A program made the position numbers and the translations under genes. 64,000 bases of DNA, from the NCBI RefSeq assembly GCF_020745735.1, contig NC_083406.1, forward strand, positions 72,951,164 to 73,015,163. Direction: 5' to 3'. Positions within the stretch are counted from its first letter, which is position 1. Each line of letters opens with the position of its first letter. Of the stretch, positions 54,342 to 64,000 are shown in pieces. Below the pieces are notes generated by a model. The model saw only the letters and a program-made list of their open reading frames with translations, was not told where the DNA came from and searched no databases. This DNA comes from Hemiscyllium ocellatum. Its lineage: Eukaryota.

Positions 54342-55157
54342 GTTGCTGGCCAACTGCGTTCCCACTCTGGTTGCCTTTTTTTTAAGGAGCCTGTGTCGAA
54401 GTGGAAATAGGGAGACAGAATTGATAGGAAAGGCTACAGGAAATAACCAAGATTAATCGGTTTGGAAGAAGGGGCACAGAACTAGAAAATGTTAACTCTG
54501 TTCTCTGTCCATAGATGCTGCCAGACCTGCTGAGTTTCTCCAGGAGTTTCAGTTTCTGTATGTTGACAGGACAGGCATTGTTAATATTGATGTTGAATTT
54601 GCTCCACCCGTTCTGCTAATGTAACACAATTTTTGAGTAGAAAATTAGTCAAACAGACACAAGGTCTGATTAGAGATAGTTTTCTCTGACAACTGTTGGT
54701 TCTAATTATTCCAAACTGATTAATATTAATTTAACCTATGGTTTCAAGTGCCATCTGCCCAGAAGGTGTGTGATAAAATAGCTGTACAGGTTGATTGAAA
54801 AAAAACAGAAAGGGGGATTGGTCTTGGTGAGCTACTCCAACATAAAGCCAAAAGTAGTTCCTACCCAGAGCCCAATACGACAGGCATCTTGCACCAAGTG
54901 GCATGACTATTGGTGGTCCAGGCAACCTGTTGACTCAGCCACATAGCTCCCGATTATTTCCTGGGTCTTTGTATGGGCCAGCAGGTGGAAATTCTCCATG
55001 GATTACTAGTGATGTTGCCTGTTCCACCTTGCTTTCTGCAAAAGGAAGAAGTGGAACGACCAAAACGCTTGCACCTCAAATATATTTTCATTTTAGTAGT
55101 GATTATTTTTCCAGTCTATGTAACATTGCATGCTAAAAACGAGTCACATTCTCTCTA

Positions 55158-56368
55158 CATAGAACAAAGAACAAAGAAAATCACAGCACAGGAACAGGCC
55201 CTTCAGCCCTCCAAGCCTGCGCTGATCCAGATCCTCTATCTAAACCTGTCGCCTATTTTCTAAGCATCTGTGTCCCTCTGCTCCCTGCCCATTCTGTCTA
55301 GACACATCTTAAATGACACTATCATGCCTACCTCTACCACCTCCACTGGCAATGTGTTCCAGGCACCCACCACCCTCTATGTAAAGAACTTTCCACACAT
55401 ATCTCCCCTAAACTTTCCCCTCTCACTTTGAATTCGTGACCCCTAGTAATTGAGTTCCCCACTCTGAGAAAAAGCTTCTTGCTATGCACCCTGTCTATAT
55501 CTCTCATGATTTTGTAGACCTCAATCAGAACCCCCTCAATATCTGTCTTTCTAAGAAAATAATCATAACCTACTCAACCTCTCTCCATAGCTAGCACCTT
55601 CCATGCCAGGCAACATCCTAGTGAACCTCCTCTGCAACCTCTCCAAAGCATCCACATCCTTTTGATAATGTGGTGACCAGGACTGCATGCAGTATTCCAA
55701 ATGTGGTCAAACCAAAGTCCTATATAACTATAACATGACCTGCCTACTCTTGTACTCAATACCCCATCCGATGAAGGAAAGTGTGCTGTATGCCTTTGTG
55801 ACCAGTCTATTGACCTGCATTGCCACCTTCAGGGTACAATGAACCTGAACACTCAGATCTCTTTATATCAATTTTCCCCAGGGCTTTTTCATTTACCATA
55901 TGGTTTGCTCTTGAATTGGATCTTCAAAAATGCATCCCTCCACATTTGCTAGGATTGAACTTCGTCTGCCATTTCTCTGCCCAACTCTCAAATCTATCAA
56001 TATTCTGCTGCATTCTCTGACAGTCCCCTTCACTAACTGCTACCCCATCAATATGAGTGTCATCTGCAAACTTGCTAATCAGACCACCTGTAACTTCCTC
56101 CAGATCATTTATGTATAATACAAACAGCAATGGTCCCAACACTGATCCCTGTGGATCACCACTGGTCATAGTTCTCCATTTTAAGAAACTCCCTTCCACT
56201 ACTACTGTCCGTCTCCTGTTGCCCAACCAGTTCTCTATCCACCTAGCTAATACACCCTGGACTCCATGCAATTTCAATTTCTCCATCGGCCTACCATGGC
56301 GAACCTTTTCAAATGCCTTGGTGAAGTCCATGTGTATGACATCTTCAGCCCTTTCCTCATCAATTAAC
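55158..56368 (-). mobile_element. CR1 LINE RT and 3' end
   Basis: DFTKAFEKV, SGDPQGSVLGP and KFADD; (TTCTTTG/TTCTATG) tail. Confidence 0.9.
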
Positions 56369-56799
56369 TTTAGACGTAAGATTGGCAAGTGCCCAGTGCT
56401 GACAAAATTCACAGACTCAGATTAACAGCTCTCCTCTTTTTCCTTCCTCTGATACACCCTGAAACACTGTGACTTACATTTATTCTCATTACAATGCCCA
56501 AATGTCACGTTTACATTGAATAGATGTCTCCAATCATAGCATCAGAATCCCAAGTGTGAACCTTTTAATGAACGAAGTCAATCTGGTTCCTTCTTATGGA
56601 AAATAAACTCAGCAGCAGAATGCTCATTGCATTATCCATAGTGAACATTATATCATGCAGCACTGCACCTGCACATTTGGATGCCATGCAATGTCTTTCT
56701 TACAAATAGGTGAATGGGTGCAAATGTTACAATCAGCACTCCTGTACTGTCTACTTCCACACTCATAGGTTGGCATAGTGGCACGGATGGTGGCAAAGT

Positions 56800-56967
56800 G
56801 GCTCAGAGGGTGATGCAGTGGCACAGTGGTTAGCACTGCTGCCTCACAATATCAGGGATCAGGGTTTGATTCCAGCATCTGGTGACTGTCTGTGTGGAGT
56901 TTACACATTCTCCCTGTGTCTGCATGGGTTTTTGCCAGGTGCTCCAGTTTCCTCCCAAAATCCAAAG
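56800..56967 (+). mobile_element. V-SINE 5' half, truncated by an LTR fragment
   Basis: tRNA head and V-core. Confidence 0.8.
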
Positions 56968-57090
56968 TGTAGTGATTATAACAAAGTCAGCTAGGTGGAA
57001 CTCATAAAAATATGAGTTCCCTGACTGGGGCTGTTAACCTGGCCCAATCAGGGAACAGTGGCTGACAGATTAAAAGAGGTGTGTCAGGTA
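56968..57090 (+). mobile_element. LTR 5' fragment (Gypsy-type)
   Basis: Starts TGTAGTG exactly where SINE homology stops; CCAAT box and TATA-like ATTAAAA. Confidence 0.5.
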
Positions 57091-57399
57091 ATTTAGATAG
57101 AAAGAATCTCTACTGAGGGAATATGAGAAGCTCAGGGCTCAAAATAAAAGCAGACCGAAAAGGATCTTTGGATTGAAGCAAATTGGCACAGGATCAACAA
57201 GGTTAAAGAGATAAATGGCCATTGTTGATCACCATAAAAACTGAAATTTTATTTCAATTGAAATGCAGTTTAAAGTTTTCTGCCATCTCATCTGTAGTCA
57301 GAGAAATCATCTGATCTATCTCCGAGTAGCAAGAATAGTAGTCTACAGTGACAAGATGATCAGTTCCTACAAGGGCGAAGAGGTCTGCACCCAGGATAC

Positions 57400-57622
57400 A
57401 TGGGTATGGAATGAACTGCAGGAGGAAATGGTGGAGGCTGGTACAATTACAACATTAAAAAGGCATCTGGATGGGTATATGAATAGGAAGGGTTGAGAGG
57501 GATATCGGCCAAATGCTGGCAAATGGAACTAAACTAACTTAGGATATCTGGTCGGCATGGGCAGGTTGGACTGAAGGGTCCGTTTCCATGTTGAATGACT
57601 CTATGGCACTACCTATGACTCT
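57400..57622 (+). mobile_element. CR1 3' end
   Basis: VWNELQEEMVEAGTITTLKRHLDGYM plus 3'UTR. Confidence 0.85.
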
Positions 57623-57966
57623 AAACATTCAGCATTTTATAGACAATCTAGTAAAATAAGTGGCTAAACATCCATTTGCCAACAAGTTACAGAATTTTAT
57701 TCCCACAGTTTCTAAAAGTCCATCACTCCTTAAATCAGATTGCTGAAGTTTCACTAATTAGATCAGCTTAGAATAAATGGCCACCACAGATGAGTTAGAC
57801 TGATGGGTCTGTTTCTGTGCTGTATAACTCAATGACTCCATGACTGTTGGGAATGTCATTAGCCATTAATAGTTAGCTAGCAGGTACAATATGTACTGGC
57901 TGATTTGGTCCTTGATTTTATTGCCTTCCTCTGACTCGAATCAATTTTTGCATGGATGTTTTTTTT

Positions 57967-58269
57967 TAGATTAGATTATTTACAGTGTGGAAACAGGCCC
58001 TTCGGCCCAACAAGTCCACACCGACCCGCCGAAGCGCAACCCACCCATACCCCTACATTTACCCCTTACCTAACAGTACGGGCAATTTAGCATGGCCAAT
58101 TCACCTGACCCGCACATCTTTGGACTGTGGGAGGAAACCGGAGCACCCGGAGGAAACCCACGCAGACACGGGGAGAACGTGCAAACTCCACACAGTCGCC
58201 TGAGGCGGGAATTGAACCCGGGTCTCTGGTGCTGTGAAGCAGTAGTGCTAACCACTGTGCCACCGTGCC
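57967..58269 (-). mobile_element. Young V-SINE (HE1-like)
   Basis: A box TGGCACAGTGG, B box GGTTCAATTCC, many retained CpGs and an (AATCT)n tail. Confidence 0.9.
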
Positions 58270-60044
58270 GTGTTATGGTTAGCATCTTTCCTCAAAGTGC
58301 CTTTGAGATAATAACTCAATTTCCTTTGTAAACATGCCATCTTGTACTGTCATTTTACCCCTTTATGCCCAATACACTCATATGAAGAGGCTTTTTCATG
58401 CTTTCAGTGTCACCTGGCATTGCTACTTTTTACAACTTTTGGAGATTTACCTGTTGGATAATTTAATTGATTGGACAAAAGTGCCTGTCTATTGGATGTA
58501 ATGTCTCTGCTGACTCGATGACTTCTCGGGGATTTTGAGCTGCTGCTTCTTGTTAGATCTAAAATTATTAATACTCTGTCATAGTATACTCTGCATCCTT
58601 CAAGGGGAGTACTGCTCCCAACCACATGCAGCAATGTACATCTGTTTCCTTGGCTCGTATGTCATGTCTAGATATCTCCATAAACAGAGTAACATTCTTT
58701 GTAGACTTTGCAAAAGAGAATAACTGCTCGAGGAGAATGCTTTGAATTGACATGTAGTCTGACTTGTTTGTTGCTTTGTCTCTTCCAAGTAGGCATTCAT
58801 AAGAAGTTTCATCATCAAAAATAACAGCTGTGCACTCTTCCTGGCTCTGAACATCGTGTTGTTCTATTTGTGTTACCACTCTGGATGCTCCAAGTCCTGG
58901 CTTGCTGGTGTGACATTGCAGAGTGACATCATCATTTATATCACTGTATTTCCGCACTGATGTCATTTGTTGGTTGATTTTTGTGAATGTAGTTTCTTGC
59001 CCTGGGCCCCAATAGGATGCAACAATTCTGGAAGGCAGCTTCCCACCACGTACTCATGGATGGGGAACACATGTCAGCCCAGCCAATGATGCCCACATCC
59101 TGCAAGGAATAAAAATGACAAAGAAGTGCAGGTTGTTTGGATACAATGAGGACTTTGTTATCAACAGCTGAATGGACTTGTTATTTGATATGATCCACCA
59201 GCCTGGCATCACACTGGCACTGAGATTCATTTACTTATTTGTGTAATTTGCAGAATGACTTTTTAGCTTAGCAACAACATCCTGTCACTGGCAAACACAG
59301 CTCATGATGCTACTGCAGTGTAGCAGCATGAAACAGTTAGCATTACCTGCTGCTCAAATGTTTGCAATAAGTTACCCTTCGAGGGTATTTTGAGGTAAAT
59401 TTAGCTATGGTGCGTTAGGGCATTTGTGTGTTTGTGTATTTATATATATATATAAAATAAATAAAAATCCCAGAAAGGTGTCTTTGGTGGAAATATGTGA
59501 AAATGAAACTTAATAATAAGACCCTGTTTATTAATATATTAACAGAGATAAAGAAAATGTACATGTTCTGCGTCTGTTTCAACTCAACCTTATAGAACCA
59601 CTGATGGTAAAAGGGCAGGCAAGAGGGGACTGACGGTTGGTGGGGAGAGTTTGTTCCCAGGAAACAAAGGTATTTTGGCTGGAAATTTACAACCCACCAT
59701 GGGCATGTTGGCATTGACCATCATGATGTTGATATGCTATTTCTAAAGTGCTCTGTATGCCAAGTTAAAGCTACAGTTATTTAGTGCATTTTGTGACCTA
59801 AGGCCATTCCAAAGGGTTTGCAATAAATGGTACATTTTTGAATTTCAATCACCATTGAAATGTGACAGCATCTTTTCACATGTTCATTTTTTCACAATCA
59901 ACTATTCACCTTTCTGGGATTTCTGTACAATTTTGAGTTCCTCTGCTCTGCTCCTGCAAATATTGAACCTGAATGTTTCATGTCACCATTTTTACAGCTC
60001 TCTATACTAACATTCATTGTTATGATAGTCTAAGGAATTTCTGA

Positions 60045-60244
60045 GTAAAAAGTGAGGTCTGCAGATGCTGGAGATCAGAACTGAAAATGTGTTGCTGGTT
60101 AAAGTGCAGCAGGTCAGGCAGCATCCAAGGAACAGGAAATTCGATGTTTTGGGCATAAGGAAGGGCTTATGCCCGAAACATCGAATTTTCTGTTCCTTGG
60201 ATGCTGCCTGACCTGCTGCGCTTTAACCAGCAACACATTTTCAG
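60045..60244. mobile_element. Fold-back Penelope-derived element (family A)
   Basis: Arms 60081-60159 and 60166-60244 (3 mismatches, 6-nt loop); 15-bp TSD CTAAGGAATTTCTGA at 60030-60044 and 60245-60259. Confidence 0.9.
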
Positions 60245-61469
60245 CTAAGGAATTTCTGACACAATATTTGTCCTATTGGATTAAATAAAGGATAGAATAA
60301 TAATGGATGAGATGAATTCAGTCTTTTGTTGTCACCTAACCACCAATATTTATTGCCTGAGACCAGGCATGAAAACTAGGCACTTTGGCAAGGTAATAAC
60401 TTTCACCATGTGTGAAGCCTTTCCTAGTAAATCAGCACCTTTTTGAAATAGGGAAGGAAACTGGAAGAAATGTTCGGATTAGGATTGCACTTCAGGGGTC
60501 TATTTTGTTGTTGTACAGAATTGACTTCACATTGAGTTCAGATAAACCACGACTTTCCTATTCCCTGAGACAAAGTAAGCAATTTACTTACAGTTTATCA
60601 AAAATGTTTTTTTCTGAATGTACTGACTCCCACAATTGTGCAGCATTGCTGAATGATTTTATCAGATAGATTCATGAATGGAATGTTGCCCAATTCAAAT
60701 AACTAATCATATTCGGTTCACTGTAAGATCAAATATGCAGTATTGAAAGCAGTGAGCATAGCAACAATAATATTGCTTGAAGAACTCCTATGCTCCAAAT
60801 TATTTGTTAATATATACTGTCTATTTAAAGGGTATTATGGACCTCAAAAGACAGCTAGAAAATTCAATTTTTATAAACCACTGATTTATATTCCTATTTT
60901 GGAGTAATTTGTTTTCTCTTGCTTAAGATTCACTAAAGGACATGGTTCTTTGTAAGTCTGGCTTCTATTTAATTCAGTTTATACAATTACCAGAAAAGCC
61001 ATGTAATTAAAGGAGTTTCTGTGCAATTGTAAACCTTTTAAATGCTTAATAGGCACTGATGCCTGGGGCTGTGCTTACAGCTGTTTCTTGTGACATGCTT
61101 TGTGTGGCTAAGGCTGAAGAGAATTTGATCCTAGTGTTAAATTGCCTTTAATGGAGTTCTGGTACAGCCAGAACTCAGCATAAAGTTTACTAACAGCTTT
61201 ACTTGATTGAGCAGCTTTAACTAATCCAACAACTTTTCTCTGGGATTAAAACAGTTCCACATTGGAAACACGAATGCTCCAATAAATACAAAAAAACCTA
61301 ATGAATCAGGACAGCTCGAGGGATTTTACTATGATTAGTTTAAAATTAACCTGAGTAACTTGCTATAAAACTGTATTTAAATATACACAATTGATAAGGT
61401 ATACTAACAACATTCAATGATAAGACTTTCCCATTCAAAATTATATTCTCATTTGCAAAACAAAACCTA

Positions 61470-61802
61470 CAGAATCTTTAGAACCCATTCGGTGCACCGA
61501 TCCTCTTAAAGAGATCCCATTCAGAGCCAGCCCCCCTATCCTGTCCCTGTAACCCTGCAATTACCACAGCTAATTCACCTAGCCTGCATATCCCTGGTCA
61601 CTATAGACAACTTTGCATGGCCAATCCACATAACCTGCACATCTTTGGACTGTGGGGGGGAAACCAGAACACCTGACGGAAACCTATACAGACACAAGGA
61701 GAATGTGCAAAATCCACACAGACAGTCAGCCGAGGCTGGAATCAAACCGGGTCTCTGGCACTGTGAAGTAGCAGTGCTAACCACTGAGACACCATGCCAC
61801 CC
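61470..61802 (-). mobile_element. V-SINE (HE1-like)
   Basis: tRNA head and V-core. Confidence 0.82.
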
Positions 61803-62920
61803 AGAATCGCATTCATTCTGTTCTTTGCTTAAAGACAAGTCCAACTCACAACACCACAAACTCCAACATAGAAAAAGCAAGAAGATAATATGCAAGAAGA
61901 TAACCAGCCTATAATGGGATCAAACTGACCTGCCGCTAATGTGAACCACATTGTCTGTTGTTCTATACAAAGAAAGTTTGTACTTAACAGCTTTACTTTT
62001 TACCATTTTGAAATATTCGTCAAAACAAGAAATTTGGTAATTTAGTTAAATCCTAAATGCAGCACTGTGGATGATGCAACACACCTTACATTTGTTTTCA
62101 CATTCAATTTTAGATGCTTTAGTTGATAAAAATTCTCCACACTTGAGGTGTTGCTGATTCACACACAACAGCTCAGCAGAAGTGTGAATTAATTTAGAGC
62201 AATGTCTATTTTGATTAGAATCTTTCAGGTCCGAGTATTCCTGCAGACTAGGAATGTCCTCACCTTGAAGGTCAGACTGTGTTGAATTTGTTAATTAGAG
62301 TAGAACTACATTTGGAACGTTGCAGTTGATTTAATTTGCACTGAAAAATCAGCCAGACATCCCATTGTGATCATGAGTCAGTATGGAGAAACGTTGGACA
62401 AAGATATTATCACAAACAAATATAGAAAATGCTGCAATTCAGCACGACAGTTGGTATTGTGGAGAAAACAGACATTGATGCTTTATTTGCAGGTCTTTTT
62501 TTTTCATTCAGTTTTCCAGCCTGTGCAGTATTTTGTTTTTTTACAAGGATAGATTAGGTCTCAATGACTGATAGAAGCTTAACACAACATAAACGGAAAC
62601 TTTCAGCAGATGGGTAAAGGAATAAAACTGAGGGGCTAAATACACAGTTGAATAATAAAATAAGATTCAATAGTAGGGAAATAGCCCACTGGTGCCTCAT
62701 TGCAAAGGCAGTGAGTAACTGAATTATTCACAGCTGGAAGTGAGCTGAGATAAAAGAAAGAATGACTACAATGGGCCCTAATGATCATAGTTGAAAGGAG
62801 GGGCAGTCTGCTCAGGCTTCTGCTGCTGTACAGTACATACATGTGGCTTTGAGTGAGAAGAGGAAAAGAGTTTGCTTAATTGTAGACCTCTACATGATTC
62901 AATACCTTTCCAAATCCCAC

Positions 62921-63193
62921 GTTAAAAATCACACAACACCAGGTTGTAGTCCAACAGGTTAGTTGGAAGCACTAACTTTCTGAGCACTGCTCTTTCATCA
63001 GGTGGTTGTGGAGAATAAGATTGTAAGACACAGAATTTACAGCAAAAAACTTCTGTGTCTTACAATCTTATTCTCAACAACTACCTGATAAAGGAGCAGC
63101 ACTCTGAAAGCTAGTGCTTCCAAATAAACCTATTGGATTATAACCTGGTGTTATGTGATTATTAACTGGTCCAACACTGGTATCTCCAAATTA
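62921..63193. mobile_element. Fold-back Penelope-derived element (family C)
   Basis: Arms 62921-63035 and 63051-63166; 12-bp TSD TTTCCAAATCCC at 62907-62918 and 63194-63205; a hammerhead motif in each arm. Confidence 0.82.
62970..63004 (-). ncRNA. Minimal hammerhead ribozyme motif (family C); mutated twin at 63082-63116 (+)
   Basis: cac-CTGATGA-aa-gagc-agt-gctc-a-GAAA-g-TTA-gtg; the twin reads tac-CTGATAA...GAAA-g-CTA-gtg. Confidence 0.62.
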
Positions 63194-63377
63194 TTTCCAA
63201 ATCCCTACTGTCTTAAATCTTACACATCAGTGTTGTCCATAGGCTCCTGAACAGTTGCTTCACTGTAGGACAAATTATGAATTGGGACAAAATGGAGGTA
63301 CGTAAGCAGAACACTGCAATTATCATGGGTGATTTTAATCTGCCTGGTGGCTGGACAAATCAAATGGACAAGAATAG

Positions 63378-64000
63378 CAGTGAGTGGTGGGGCAGTGGAA
63401 AGAGAAAATGCTACCCTAAAAAATAAATTGACAAAATGTTGTGAGGAATTACGGGTGACATGGACAAAGGCACTTCCAATTGTGCTAATGTACATAAGAT
63501 CTAGAGGAGAGGAAGAGCTAATCTTAGCCCGTTTGGGATTTTGTTTGGTAGACTGTCCAACACAGGAATTAGCCCAAGACCTAAGGTAAGACAGATAACA
63601 GGCCACTGTGAGGATGAGATGTTGTGTTACTGTATAAAACTCTCCATTTTTTATTCTAATACAGAATCAAATGAAAACAGCACTACCCCAACCAACTGAA
63701 GGAAAGCTGCATGATCTAGAACCTGGAGACTGGATAGTGGTGAAAGACTGGATAGGAGGAAAAACTGGAAGGCAAAAAGGTGGCTGGGACCATTTCAAGT
63801 GCTCCTTATAACACAGACAGCTGTTAAGATCACCGATTTTTAGTTATCTGGCTCTGTATTTTTTTGAAAATCTGGCTTTTTTTTTGGTTGTTGTCCTTAT
63901 TGTCATAAAATGACAAAAAGGGGGAAAATGTAATGGAAAATTAAGAAATTTAATATTTATAAGAAATTTTACATTTACTGTGAAATTTGAAAGAGAATGC
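63378..64000 (+). mobile_element. Endogenous retrovirus fragment (class I-like): integrase C-terminus, polypurine tract and start of the 3' LTR
   Basis: SGGAVERENATLKNKLTKCCEELRVTWTKALPIVLMYIRSR, LHDLEPGDWIVVKDW and RWLGPFQVLL; polypurine tract AAAAAGGGGGAAAA at 63915-63928, then TGTAATGG at 63929. Confidence 0.75.

Noticed and set aside
58200-58269. tRNA gene (A and B boxes)
   Set aside because: It is the tRNA-derived head of a SINE, continuing into the V-core and tail.
60045-60244. Palindromes as assembly fold-back artefacts, terminators or pre-miRNAs
   Set aside because: The arms differ at several positions, are bounded by TSDs and match a dispersed retroelement end. There is no evidence for miRNA processing.
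1-64000. CRISPR arrays, rRNA genes or prokaryotic operons
   Set aside because: None seen; the window is vertebrate intronic or intergenic DNA.

Overview
Vertebrate nuclear DNA, AT-rich and dense in repeats. The repeat types (V-SINE/HE1-type tRNA SINEs, HER1-like CR1 LINEs, Penelope-like elements) point to a cartilaginous fish, probably a shark (inference). The only host coding sequence I can support is the first coding exon of ST6GAL2 (beta-galactoside alpha-2,6-sialyltransferase 2) on the minus strand (exon 3872-2880, ATG at 3813); its later exons lie left of the window. The rest is 5' intron or upstream DNA, with a candidate non-coding first exon/promoter near 42.0-42.3 kb. It also holds many CR1 LINEs (one near full length), SINEs, two decayed Gypsy copies, solo LTRs, Harbinger Myb/SANT relics and an env-less endogenous retrovirus fragment at the right edge. 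The most notable signal is a set of Penelope-like elements from at least three families carrying minimal hammerhead-ribozyme motifs. Six of them are inserted as head-to-head fold-back palindromes with 12-20 bp target-site duplications and a shared asymmetric architecture. This fits a twin-priming-like insertion from a multi-unit (tandem, dimeric or circular) ribozyme RNA. Repeat boundaries and family names were judged by eye and are approximate.
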